A DNA stretch of 32,000 nucleotides, taken from the NCBI GenBank assembly GCA_963843975.1, contig CAWJMG010000001.1, positions 780,001-812,000 on the forward strand, given 5' to 3'. The translations under genes were made by a program, and so were the position numbers. This DNA is from an uncultured Actinomycetes bacterium (GTDB taxonomy: Bacteria; Actinomycetota; Actinomycetes; S36-B12; CAIYMF01). The notes beneath the pieces were generated by a model, which was given only the letters and a program-made list of their open reading frames with translations, ran no database searches and was not told where the DNA came from. Position 1 is the first letter of the stretch. The number at the start of each line of letters is the position of its first letter. Shown piece after piece: positions 1-9,535 of this stretch.

Positions 1-695
1 GCTACCGCGATGAGCGTCTCCACCCAGGTCTCCACAAGCGGCCAAGGAACCCGCACAAGGCTTCCCAGGTCGGGGTTGACCCCGAGGGCCGGACTCCCCA
101 CCGCGTCGACCAGCTCCAGACACGCGGCCGCGCGGTCAAGGAGGCTCAACTCGTTCATCTCCAAGGAGAGCGAGACGCCGTGGATTTCCGCGTGAGCGGT
201 CAGCACCCCCACCAGACGGACGGCGCGCGCCCTGGTGTCCGCCGAGTGCTCCAGAGGTCCGTTCACGCGCAACCAGGGCGGCTGGACGTCGCCGGGAGCA
301 ACTCCCGCCCCGGGGCCGTTGTGCAGTCCGATGCTGACGACCGGTGCGCCGAGGCCGACGGCGTTGTCGATCGCCCGCCGTCCTCGCTCGGCCGACCTGT
401 CGACGGCGACGTCATCCTCGACGGTCAGGTCGATGACTGAGGCGCCCACGACCTCGAGCTCAAGGCGGTCCAGCGCAGAGCTCAGGGCACGCACAGCGCT
501 CGAGTCGAGCCGTGCCAGCGGAGTCCACAGGTCGCTGAGGTCCACGGCCGAGTACCCCGCGTCACGCAAGAGGCGCAGGTACCCCACGATCGCCTCGACA
601 TCGGCAGCTCCGCCCGGCGGGCGACCGAGCGAGGCGAGCAAGCCGGTGGATGCCGCGACCGTGGGGACACGTGGGGCGCCGCCAGCGGCACTCAT
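1..695 (-). CDS. Sugar phosphate isomerase/epimerase (xylose-isomerase-like TIM barrel), partial; C-terminus lies beyond the left window edge
   Basis: Own minus-strand translation from ATG at 693-695: MSAAGGAPRV...AIVGYLRLLRDAGYSAVDLSDLW...LGAPVVSIGLHNG...IHGVSLSLEMNE...LGVNPDLGSL. High GC3. ATGA start/stop overlap with the upstream lactonase gene. Absent from the ORF track because there is no stop inside the window. Confidence 0.7.
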   Translation of the reverse strand, partial: MSAAGGAPRVPTVAASTGLLASLGRPPGGAADVEAIVGYLRLLRDAGYSAVDLSDLWTPLARLDSSAVRALSSALDRLELEVVGASVIDLTVEDDVAVDRSAERGRRAIDNAVGLGAPVVSIGLHNGPGAGVAPGDVQPPWLRVNGPLEHSADTRARAVRLVGVLTAHAEIHGVSLSLEMNELSLLDRAAACLELVDAVGSPALGVNPDLGSLVRVPWPLVETWVETLIAV

Positions 696-1546
696 GCTGA
701 GCCGATCAGGCGTGGGTAGTGCAGCGGGAGGCCCGGAGCCGGGGCCGCCACCTCGAGGATCTGCGATCCCGACAGCGCCGAGATCGCCACTCGGTCCAGC
801 GATGTGCCGAAGTACGAAACATTGGCCGGCGACTTCAGGGTGATGCCGACCGGGTCGTCGAGGTAGAGCTCTGCATCGGTGCTTCCCGGTGCCACGTAGA
901 GCAGCTGGTGCGGGTAGTAGCAGGCGACCAGCATGCCGCCCGAGGCGTCGGCGGCGATGCCGTCGGGGGTGACGGAGCCGAGGTGCACGAGGTCCTCGAG
1001 CTTGCCGCCGGAGTAGCGAGAGATGCCGAAGCCGAAGCTCTCGAGCAGGAGGACACCCCCCTCAGCGTCGAGGCACAGCCCGTTGGGGAAGTTGAGAGGC
1101 CTGCCGACGTCCATCACCTCCCCGTCGCCTCCGTGCGGGGGGATGCGCACGAGTCGACCGGTCGGGTTGTCGGGGTCCTCGGCGCCTGAGTCGCTCAACC
1201 AGAGATTGCCGTCGCGGTCGAACGCGCAGTAGTTCGGCACCGTGTAGCCGACGCCTGCTGCCGATTCGGACCACACCGACACGACGCCGTCCTGCGTCAC
1301 GCGGACCACGTTGCGAGCGATGACGTTGCACGCGTATAGGTTCGACTCGTCGTCGCAGCACAGGCCGAGGACGATCCCGTCGACGTGTGCGATCAGCTCC
1401 TTGGTGCCGGCGTCGGGGTGGATTCGGTAGATGTCCCCGCTGCAATCGCCGGAGTAGAGGGTCCCGTCGGGGCCGGTCGTGACCGACTCCGGCCTGTCCA
1501 GGCCTTCGGCGACGACACGGACGTTCCCACGCGCCAGGATCACCAT
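692..1546 (-). CDS. SMP-30/gluconolactonase/LRE-family lactonase
   Basis: C-terminal 284 aa of track ORF 692..2443; the N-terminal part of that ORF is Arg-rich shadow sequence. Real start is ATG 1546 (MVILARGNVRVVAEGLDRPESVTTGPDGTLYSGD...) with GGAG just upstream. Beta-propeller lactonase-like motifs are present (FPNGL, PDGIAADASG). Confidence 0.85.
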   Translation of the reverse strand: MVILARGNVRVVAEGLDRPESVTTGPDGTLYSGDCSGDIYRIHPDAGTKELIAHVDGIVLGLCCDDESNLYACNVIARNVVRVTQDGVVSVWSESAAGVGYTVPNYCAFDRDGNLWLSDSGAEDPDNPTGRLVRIPPHGGDGEVMDVGRPLNFPNGLCLDAEGGVLLLESFGFGISRYSGGKLEDLVHLGSVTPDGIAADASGGMLVACYYPHQLLYVAPGSTDAELYLDDPVGITLKSPANVSYFGTSLDRVAISALSGSQILEVAAPAPGLPLHYPRLIGSA

Positions 1547-1548
1547 CG

Positions 1549-2394
1549 TCAGACTCCGTTCGTCGCCGGCGCGGAGGCGCGGGCCTCGAAGTACACGCGA
1601 GAACTGGTCGGGCTCCCGATCTGCATGCCGCCGTCGACGACGACGTACTCCCCTGTCACACCGTCGGAGAGGCTGGACGAGAGGTACAGGACCGTCTTGG
1701 CGATCTGCTCCCCGGTGGTCATCCGCCCGAGCGGGATGCGGCCCTCGGCCTCGCGGGTCGCCGACGGATCGGCGGACCTCATCAACGGGCCGTCTACCAT
1801 GCCCGGCAGGACTGCGTTGACGCGAATACCGTCGCGGGCGAACTCGAATGCCGCGTGCCTGACCAGGCCGAGGACCCCGCTCTTCGCGGCCGTGTATCCG
1901 ACTCCGGCGTGCGTCGACATCCGGATCGATGCCAGCGATCCGACGGCGACGATGGCGCCACCGCCCCGCGCACGCATCGCCGGTTGCGCGGCCTTCACCA
2001 CGTTGAAGGCCCCGGTGAGGTTGAGCGTGATGCTCCGCGCCCAGGCGTCGGCTGACAGCTGCTCGATGGGCTGGGCGGAATCCGCGCCGGCAGGGCCGCC
2101 GGCGAGGTTGACTGCGATGTCGAGGCCGCCGAGGAGGGCGCACGCCTCGTCGATCACCGCCTGCACCGAGCCGAGGTCTGTCACATCCATCGACCGCGCC
2201 AGGACACGGACCCCGAGAGCATCGACCTTCTCGCTGACAGCCTCGAGCGCTTCGGCGTGCAGGTCGGTGAGAACGAGGTCGGCGCCACTTCGCGCGAGCA
2301 CCTCGGCGGTGGCGCCGCCGATGCCACCGGCCGCTCCGGTCAGCATCGCCACCCGCCCGGCCAGCAGCGGGGCATCGAGCGCCGCAAGGGACAT
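1549..2394 (-). CDS. SDR-family oxidoreductase
   Basis: 281 aa with Rossmann motif TGAAGGIGG, catalytic YTAAK and a PG motif. GAGGAG RBS lies before ATG 2394. The stop is 2 nt before the lactonase start. Confidence 0.9.
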   Translation of the reverse strand: MSLAALDAPLLAGRVAMLTGAAGGIGGATAEVLARSGADLVLTDLHAEALEAVSEKVDALGVRVLARSMDVTDLGSVQAVIDEACALLGGLDIAVNLAGGPAGADSAQPIEQLSADAWARSITLNLTGAFNVVKAAQPAMRARGGGAIVAVGSLASIRMSTHAGVGYTAAKSGVLGLVRHAAFEFARDGIRVNAVLPGMVDGPLMRSADPSATREAEGRIPLGRMTTGEQIAKTVLYLSSSLSDGVTGEYVVVDGGMQIGSPTSSRVYFEARASAPATNGV

Positions 2395-2651
2395 GGAAAC
2401 TCCTCAGCCGGCTGGTGGAAAGGTGCAGGTCACGAGGCCGCATCCCTTGCTGCGACTACGAATTCGAGGAGCCTGACATGGAACCGCGGTTGCGTCTTGC
2501 ACGACGACGACGACTGTCTTGTCACCTTGCGCCTGATCCGGGCAGGCGCACGAAGGCGTGAGGCGAGCTGCTCCGGCCCGCAGGTGGCACTCGGCCCCAG
2601 GTCGCGCGAGCGCGAGGTGGACGGCAACCTGAGGTTGATGCCGTGACGCAG

Positions 2652-2682
2652 TGCGGGCCCGGCGAGAGTCGCCGGGCCCGCA
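2652..2682 (-). terminator. Intrinsic terminator hairpin after the binding-protein gene
   Basis: Perfect 13-bp GC-rich stem tgcgggcccggcg/cgccgggcccgca with a 5-nt loop, 16 nt downstream of the stop at 2698. No U-tract follows, which is common in actinobacteria. Confidence 0.6.
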
Positions 2683-2697
2683 CTGGTGGATGAGCCG

Positions 2698-3784
2698 TCA
2701 CGGCATGACGGGCTCCTCCTTGAAGTCGTACGTGTTCCAGAGTGCGTCCATCTCGGCCGGGGTGAACAGGCCCTCGCCGCCCTCGGCGGTCACGACGTCG
2801 AAGCCCGTCGCGGTCAGATCGCCGAACGTGGCGCCGTGGCGCACGATCTGGTCGAGCACCTGAACACCCTGATAGCCCCAGCCGTAGTACTTCTGGCCCA
2901 CCAGCCCGATGGCGAGGCCGTCGCGTACCGCCGCGAGCCTCCGGCTGGATCGTGTCGAAGGCAACGACCGTGAGCCCACCGTTCTTCACCCTGTCAACCA
3001 GCGTCGGCAGGTTCGACGACTCGACGAGGAACGGCCACGGGCCGTCGAAGTAGAACCCATTGATGCTCGGGTCGCCGCGCAGGGTCGACTCGACCGCGTC
3101 CACCGACTTGGGGACGTCGTCGTTGCCGGCGACGGTCGTGGCGATCTCGTAGTCGACACCGGCGGACTTCAGCGCGTCCTCAAAGCCCTTGTCGCGCTGG
3201 GTGAGGTTCTCGGAGCCGAGAACCCCGGTGAGGATGGCGATCCTCTGCTTCCCCTTCCCCTTCACCGCCTCGGCGTACATCTGGCCGGCGATCTGACCGC
3301 CCTTGAAGTTGTCCGAGCCCACGTAGGTGAGGCGCTTGCTGTCGGGGCAGTCCGAGTCGAACATGATCACGGGCACGCCAGCATCGATGGCGGCATCGAC
3401 CGCGTCGCACACAGCCGGGCCGAGGCTCGACACCATGAGCCCGTCGACCTTGCGCTGCACGTACGACTCGATGAGCTGCACCTGCGCGGCAGCATCCGGA
3501 GTGCTCGGTGCCGTGACCTCGACCTTGATGTTGCCGATCTCCTTGGCCCGGTCCTCCATGCCGGTCTGCGCAGCAGTGACGCCGGCATTGCCGAGGGCCT
3601 TGAAGATCGCGACGAACGTCAGCTCCTTGTCAGCGGGCGCGGAGGATGCCGCCCCTGAGGACGTCGGGGCCGAGCTTGACGTCGTGCTCGTGCTCGAGCT
3701 GCCGCACGCAGCCAGCGAGAGCGCTGCCAGCGCGACGGTAGCGATTGCGGTGCCGGAGCGCCGCGCGGTGCGTACCGATTTCAT
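2698..3784 (-). pseudogene. Sugar ABC transporter substrate-binding lipoprotein (RbsB-like), reading frame broken by +1 near 2934-2945
   Basis: The N-terminal part is in the frame of track ORF 2522..4852. It reads MKSVRTARRSGTAIATVALAALSLAACGSSS (signal peptide plus lipobox LAAC) through ...LTVVAFDTIQPE. The C-terminal part is in track ORF 2698..2979 (LAAVRDGLAIGLVGQKYYGWGYQGVQVLDQIV...). GGAG lies 6 nt before ATG 3784. Removing one base restores FDTIQPELAAVRDG. Confidence 0.75.
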
Positions 3785-3843
3785 ACTCATCTCCAATCGT
3801 TCGCGACCGAGTGGCCGCGCTGGGGGTTTGGGGTGGGCGCACG

Positions 3844-4852
3844 TCAGCGGATGGCCGACCTCGCGCGCAGCTTGTCGATCACGACGGCCAGGATGATGAC
3901 GACGCCGATGACTACCTGCTGCCAGAACGAGTCGACCCCTAGCAGGGCCATGCCGTTGCGGACGATGCCAAGAAGCGCCGCTCCCCAGATCACGCCGACG
4001 ACGCTGCCGATTCCACCGAAGAAGCTGGCACCGCCGATGACGGCGGCGGCGATGATGTCGAGCTCGTAGCCGAATCCGATGTTGGCCTCCGCGACGCCCA
4101 GGCGTGCTGTCAGGAGCACGCCGGCGATTCCTGCGAACAGGGCCGAGAGCACGAAGGCGAGCGCGATGATCCGACGGACGCGGACTCCGGAGAGCCTCGC
4201 GGCCTCCTCGTTGCCGCCGATCGCGTACATCTGGCGACCGAGGACCGTCCGGTTCATGACCCACCACATGATTGCGGCGAGTACGAGCATGATCCAGACC
4301 GGAACGGGGAGGCCGAGGACGAATCCCTTGCCCAGCTGCTTGATCGAGGGATCGATGTCCGAGATCGGGTAGCCGCGGGTGATGGCGACATCGAGGCCAC
4401 GAACGACGTTCAGCATGCCGAGCGTGACCATGAAGGACACGAGACCGAGGCCTGCGACCAGCGCCCCGTTTACCACGCCGACGATGGCGGCGGCCGCCAG
4501 ACCGCCGAGGACTGCCAGGACCGGCGACACCTGGTGGCTCGAGAGGAGCGCCGCGACGATCCCGCCGAGCCCGATCACCGAGCCCGAGGAGATGTCGATG
4601 CCGCGGGTCAGGATGACGAGGAACTGGCCCATGGCTGCGATGGCGATGAACGAGAAGCTTGCGGGCGACGAGCGTCAGGTTGTCCACCGAGAGGAACTGC
4701 GGACTGGCGAACGTCAGGAACACCGACACGACGACCACCGAGATGATCGCTCCCGCCGAGGGCATGGCGACGATCCGTGCCGCGACCTCCCGGGCACGGC
4801 TCGCCGGAGCGAGAGGCTGGGACGCACCAGCGCCTGGTGCCTGGGTCGTCAT
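3844..4852 (-). pseudogene. Sugar ABC transporter permease (RbsC/CUT2-like), reading frame broken by +1 near 4655-4674
   Basis: The N-terminus MTTQAPGAG...VVVSVFLTFASPQFLSVDNLTLVARK is in the frame starting at 4852, with an ATGA overlap on the ATPase stop. The body ...FIAIAAMGQFLVILTRGIDISSGSV... is in the frame of track ORF 3844..4632. The body frame has TGA at 4675-4677, so the break is confined to 4655-4674. Confidence 0.75.
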
Positions 4853-6375
4853 GTCGTGAGCTCCATTCGGCTGGCGAGTTCGAAGATCTTTCGGGCGCTG
4901 ATCTCGTCGGGCTCGAGGACGCCCTGTACGCGGCCCTTGGCCATGACGGCGATCCGGTCGCTCATTCCGATGAGCTCCTCCATGTCGGAGGAGATGAGCA
5001 GGACCGCAACCCCTGACCGTGCGACGTCGTCGATCACCCGGTAGATCTCATGCCGCGCACCTACGTCCACCCCGCGCGTGGGCTCGTCGAGGATCAGCAC
5101 GCGCCGAGGACTGAGCATCCACTTCGCCAGGACGACCTTCTGCTGGTTGCCGCCGCTGAGCGTCCCGACGGACTGACGGTGCGATCGGGCTCGTATCCCG
5201 AAGTCGGCGATCGCCCTCCGCGCACGATCGGCCAGATCGCGGAGAGAGATCACTCCGCCGCGGCTCCAACGAGGGAGGTTGGGCAGGGAGAGGTTCTTCT
5301 CCAGGTCGAACCCTAGGACGAGCCCGTCCTGCTTGCGGTCCTCCGGGACAAACCCGAGACCGGCCTCCACCGCGTCGCGCGGCGCTCGGATCTGCTGCTC
5401 CAAACCGTCGACGCAGATCGAGCCTTTGCTCCTTGGGTCGCATCCGAAGATGAGGCGCGCCACCTCGGTGCGGCCCGCCCCTACCAAGCCGCCAAGGCCG
5501 AGGATTTCGCCGGACCGGACCGTGAGTGCGACGTCCTCGACCATCCCGCCCCAGAGCCCTGAGACCTCCAGTACGGGCGCACCGGGCGACTCCCGCTTGT
5601 CCGGGAACAAGGCGGTGAGCTCACGGCCGATCATCGCGTGTACCACCGCGTCACGTGTGACGGCGCTGTCGTGGGCGTTGAACTCCGACACCTTGGCACC
5701 GTCACGCATCACCACGATTCGGTCCGCGACCGAGAACGCCTCGGCGATCCGGTGCGTAGTGATGACGATCGCGTACCCGGCGCCGCGCAGCCTGCGGATC
5801 AACGCCAGCAGCGCCTGCGCCTGCTCCTCGGGCAACGAGCTCGTCGGCTCGTCCATGAGCAGCACCTTGACCTCGTGCTGGGCCAGCGACTTGGCGATCT
5901 CGACCAGCTGCTGCTCCGCGATCGACAGGCGACGCACCAGGGTCCGCGGGTCGGCGAGCGAACCGACCTCGTCCAGGGCCTCGCGCGCCTGCCGGATGCT
6001 CGTGCTCCGGTCGACGACGACACCGAGCGCTCCCTTCGGCTCACGACCGAGAGCGATGTTCTCCGAGATCGACAGGTTCCCCACCAGGTTCAGCTCCTGG
6101 TGCACCATCGATACGCCGTGCCGCCGCGCATCCGCCACGGACTCGATCGTCACGGGCTCGGAGCCCATGACGATCTCGGCGTGGTCGGCTGAGTAGACGC
6201 CGGCTAGTACCTTCATGAGCGACGACTTGCCGGCGCCGTTCTCACCCAGGAGCGCCACGACCTCGCCCCCACGCAGGTCGATGTCGACGTCCTTCACGAC
6301 CCGGACTCCGTTGAAGGCGACCGTCACCCCGCGAGCGCTGAGGACCACGGGGAGGTCGAGGTCAGTCTGCGTCAT
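4849..6375 (-). CDS. Sugar ABC transporter ATP-binding protein (duplicated ABC domains)
   Basis: 508 aa and intact. Walker A motifs GENGAGKSS and GLVGAGRTE; signature motifs LSIAEQQ and LSGGNQQK. Confidence 0.95.
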   Translation of the reverse strand: MTQTDLDLPVVLSARGVTVAFNGVRVVKDVDIDLRGGEVVALLGENGAGKSSLMKVLAGVYSADHAEIVMGSEPVTIESVADARRHGVSMVHQELNLVGNLSISENIALGREPKGALGVVVDRSTSIRQAREALDEVGSLADPRTLVRRLSIAEQQLVEIAKSLAQHEVKVLLMDEPTSSLPEEQAQALLALIRRLRGAGYAIVITTHRIAEAFSVADRIVVMRDGAKVSEFNAHDSAVTRDAVVHAMIGRELTALFPDKRESPGAPVLEVSGLWGGMVEDVALTVRSGEILGLGGLVGAGRTEVARLIFGCDPRSKGSICVDGLEQQIRAPRDAVEAGLGFVPEDRKQDGLVLGFDLEKNLSLPNLPRWSRGGVISLRDLADRARRAIADFGIRARSHRQSVGTLSGGNQQKVVLAKWMLSPRRVLILDEPTRGVDVGARHEIYRVIDDVARSGVAVLLISSDMEELIGMSDRIAVMAKGRVQGVLEPDEISARKIFELASRMELTT

Positions 6376-7370
6376 ACGTCACGCCGACCTGTCGCCGGAT
6401 CTCGTCCATGATCCGCATCGTCTTCAGGGTGAGCGCGTGAGGGACGACGGGGCTCTCGAGCTTCTCCTGCAGCCACGCATCGAGCCACCTCGAGCGCTTG
6501 GAAGCGCCAGCCGAGACCGCCGTCCACCGAACCCGAGAAGTCGGTGAAATCAGCACCGCCGGCCGGGTTCCCTTCACCGAACTTCACGACGCGCAGATCC
6601 GTCGGGATCATGTAGTTGTAGCCGAGCTCGATACGCCCTGCGGTGCCGTTGATGCTGGCGCGGTTCGGCAGCTCGGAGGACAGCGACGTGGTGACCACGC
6701 CGTGACGTCCCGCCTCGTCTCGGATCACCGCAGAGGACTCGGCATCGACACCGGTCGACGTCAAGGTGCCCAGCGCCTTGATCTCGAGGTCGTCGCCGAG
6801 GACGCCGGCGACCAGAGCCACCGCGTAGATGCCGAGGTCGAGGAGCGCCCCACCGCCGAGCGCCCGGTCGTACAGACGGTGCTCAGGGTGGGTGGGGTCG
6901 AAGCGCAGGCCATGGTCGGCGATGACCGAGACGACGTCACCGATCACGCCCGAGTCGAGAAGCCTGCGCACCTCGACCATGTGGGGCAGGAACCGCGACC
7001 ACATCCCCTCCATGATGAACACGCCGCTTTCACGAGCGAGGCTGAACAGTGCCTCAGCATCGGCAGCGTTGAGGGTGAACGGCTTCTCCACCAGGACGGG
7101 CTTGCCGGCACGGATCGCGAGCTCGGCGACACGGCGGTGCTCGCTGTGCGGAACGGCGACGTAGACGAAGTCGACGTCCGGGTCAGCGACCAGCTCCTCA
7201 TACGAGCCGTAGGCGGCTGCGGCACCCTGGGCGTCGGCGAAGGCTTTGGCCCTGTCGATGGACCGAGATCCGACCGCAGTGATTCTGGCGGTGTCCGTGA
7301 GGCTGAGATCCTGGGCGAACATCCCCGCGATAAAGCCGGTGCCGAGAACACCCCAGCGCTGGTCGGACAT
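6362..7370 (-). pseudogene. Gfo/Idh/MocA-family oxidoreductase, reading frame broken by +1 near 6457-6473
   Basis: Start ATG 7370 (MSDQRWGVLGTGFIAGMF...EKPF...) with AAGGAG 7 nt upstream. After ...FQALEVARCVAAGE the annotated frame turns into Arg/Pro-rich sequence and stops at 6372. The family-typical C-terminus LESPVVPHALTLKTMRIMDEIRRQVGVTY lies in the +1 frame (track ORF 6362..6577). Confidence 0.75.
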
Positions 7371-7664
7371 CAATGGCTCCTTCGGTCGTGGGTTCCACCC
7401 AGGGGCTGACGTCGCCCGGAGTGGCGTGATCTCGGTTCCAAGGCTCGCCGTATCCGCGCGCAGACGCTTGCCTCGGCGCGACGGCATGTTGATTGTGCGC
7501 GTCACCTTCCCCGCGGGGCGGTGGCACCCGGCGGAGGGCTGGAGTCACGGCGTGGTAACGGAGAACCGACCCGCGGATCTCGCACCGCCGTAACCGCTTC
7601 CAGGCCGACTCGACCGCAATCCCCTCTGCGCAACGGGTCGGACGCGCGACAGGTGTGACGACGC

Positions 7665-8306
7665 TCAGAGGTCGACGGAGGTCTCCAGGGCATGCCCGGT
7701 GGCGGCACGGACGTCGTCGACGGTGACGCCGGGTGCGGTCTCGACCAGGACGAGGCCCTCGGAGGTGACGTCGATGACGGCGAGGTCGGTGATGATCCGG
7801 TCCACGACAGCCTTGCCCGTCAACGGCAGCGAGCACTCGTCGACGATCTTGTGGGTGCCGTCCTTGGCGACGTGCTCCATCATCACGATGACCCTCTTGG
7901 CGCCGTGGACGAGGTCCATCGCCCCGCCCATGCCCTTGACCATCTTCCCGGGGATCATCCAGTTCGCGATGTCGCCCGATGCGCTCACCTGCATGGCGCC
8001 GAGGATCGCGGCGTCGATGTGACCGCCGCGGATCATCCCGAACGACGTGGCCGAGTCGAAGAAGCTCGCGCCCGGCAGGACCGTGACGGTCTCCTTGCCC
8101 GCGTTGATCAGGTCGGCGTCGACCTGGTCGTCGGTCGGGTACGGACCGGTGCCCAGGATGCCGTTCTCCGACTGCAGCACCACGGTCACGCCCTCGGGCA
8201 GGTGCTGGGGGACGAGGGTGGGCAGGCCGATGCCGAGGTTCACGTACTGGCCGTCGCGCAGCTCGAGGGCCACGCGGGCGGCGAGCTCGTCACGGGTGAG
8301 CGCCAT
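7665..8306 (-). CDS. scoB: 3-oxoacid CoA-transferase subunit B
   Basis: 213 aa: [30 protein letters not shown]...SENG...GGAMDL. Closely resembles mycobacterial ScoB, recalled from memory. Confidence 0.9.
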   Translation of the reverse strand: MALTRDELAARVALELRDGQYVNLGIGLPTLVPQHLPEGVTVVLQSENGILGTGPYPTDDQVDADLINAGKETVTVLPGASFFDSATSFGMIRGGHIDAAILGAMQVSASGDIANWMIPGKMVKGMGGAMDLVHGAKRVIVMMEHVAKDGTHKIVDECSLPLTGKAVVDRIITDLAVIDVTSEGLVLVETAPGVTVDDVRAATGHALETSVDL

Positions 8307-8309
8307 GGC

Positions 8310-8438
8310 TCAGGCCTCCTCGGCGGTATCGGCTGCGAGGGCCTCGCGCCATTCTTGGACGAAGTGGATCCACTCGGCGATCTCGATCTCCTCGAGATCG
8401 CCGAGCTCGACGCGAGGCTGCTCGCGGTCCCTGGTCAC
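8310..8438 (-). CDS. Candidate 42-codon acidic small ORF between scoA and scoB
   Basis: GTG overlaps the scoA stop (GTGA). Product: VTRDREQPRVELGDLEEIEIAEWIHFVQEWREALAADTAEEA. 36 of 42 codons end in G/C by my count, and first positions are G-rich. The stop is 3 nt before the scoB ATG. No homology is recognised. Confidence 0.3.
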   Translation of the reverse strand: MTRDREQPRVELGDLEEIEIAEWIHFVQEWREALAADTAEEA

Positions 8439-9205
8439 GGCGTGACCGAGGTGGTGCGGCGCTCGATGCGCTTGGTGGCGACCTGCTCGGGGGTGAGGGC
8501 GACGACGCGCTGCACGAAGACGCCCGGCAGGTGCACCTGCTGCGGATCGATCTCGCCCGGCTCGACCAGTCGCTCGACCTCGGCGATCGTGACCCGGCCC
8601 GCGGTCGCGGCGAGCGGGTTGAAGTTGCGGGTCGCCTTGTCGAACACCAGGTTCCCGTGCCGGTCCCCGAGCGACGCGCGCACCAGCGCGAAGTCGGTGG
8701 TGATGCCCCGCTCCAGCACGTACTCGCGCCCGTCGAACTCGCGCGTCTCCTTCGCCGGGCTCGGCACCGCGATGCTTCCGTCCGCGGCGTACCGCCACGG
8801 CATCCCGCCTTCGGCCACCTGAGTCCCCACACCGGCCGGGGTGTAGAACGCCGGGATCCCCGCACCACCGGCGCGCAGCCGCTCGGCCAGCGTCCCCTGC
8901 GGGATCAGCTCGACCTCGAGCTCCCCGTGCAGGTACTGCCGCTCGAACTCCTTGTTCTCCCCCACGTACGACGAGATCGTGCGCGAGATCCGCTTGGCGA
9001 ACAGCAGCACCCCCAGGCCCCACTCGTCCACGCCGCAGTTGTTGCTGACCACCCGCAGGTCGTCCGCGCCCTGCTCGAACAGAGCCTGGATCAGCACCGA
9101 GGGGATCCCGTTGAGACCGAAGCCGCCCACCGCGAGCGACGCGCCGCTCGGGATGTCCGCGACCACGTCAGCAGCCGAGCCGACGACCTTGTCCACGACC
9201 GACAC
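8435..9205 (-). CDS. scoA: 3-oxoacid CoA-transferase subunit A
   Basis: 256 aa: ...VGGFGLNGIPSVL...SNNCG...SYVGENKEFERQYL.GELEVEL.PQGTLAERLRAGG.GIPAFYT. The start could instead be the second GTG at 9196, giving (M)DKVV as in mycobacterial ScoA. Confidence 0.9.
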   Translation of the reverse strand: MSVVDKVVGSAADVVADIPSGASLAVGGFGLNGIPSVLIQALFEQGADDLRVVSNNCGVDEWGLGVLLFAKRISRTISSYVGENKEFERQYLHGELEVELIPQGTLAERLRAGGAGIPAFYTPAGVGTQVAEGGMPWRYAADGSIAVPSPAKETREFDGREYVLERGITTDFALVRASLGDRHGNLVFDKATRNFNPLAATAGRVTIAEVERLVEPGEIDPQQVHLPGVFVQRVVALTPEQVATKRIERRTTSVTP

Positions 9206-9535
9206 CGCCTTTCAGGCATTCCACCGAGCGCTTTGACGTGTCCGGTCGGACGGGCAGAACCGCACCGTCGCCGACGCCACCGGGAGCCGGAGCCACGGTC
9301 GGCCTCTGAAGACTCACACTCCGCACAGTCCACGTCTTGCGTACATCCGACGACCCACTTGTCGCCGCGCGCCGTGGGTGGGCCGGGCCACCTGGGGAAG
9401 GTGTTCACGGTCTATGCGGCGGCGGAGTCGTCCCCCGTGGCAAACCAGCTTCCCGGCTCCCGGCGCTGCTCGTGCTCTTCGCCGACCTGGTCCGCTGCGG
9501 CCGGTCCACGTCGACGGCCGTTGAGCCGACCCCTC

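Noticed and set aside
692-2443. Track ORFs that look like single large proteins: 692..2443, 2522..4852, 14788..16446, 23984..25150, 27126..28961 and 16174..17058.
   Set aside because: Only the C-terminal portions are protein-like. The N-terminal portions are read-through of upstream regions or neighbouring genes in an open frame. Starts were re-set using RBS-like sequences and family N-termini.
2501-2514. (ACG)n trinucleotide microsatellite in the SDR operon leader.
   Set aside because: It has fewer than five units, which is too short to argue for phase variation.
7371-7664. Possible operator in the leader of the sugar operon (GGTTCCA repeated 44 nt apart).
   Set aside because: It is a direct repeat, not a palindrome, and only 7 nt long. 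No regulator gene is present to link it to, and a chance occurrence is plausible.
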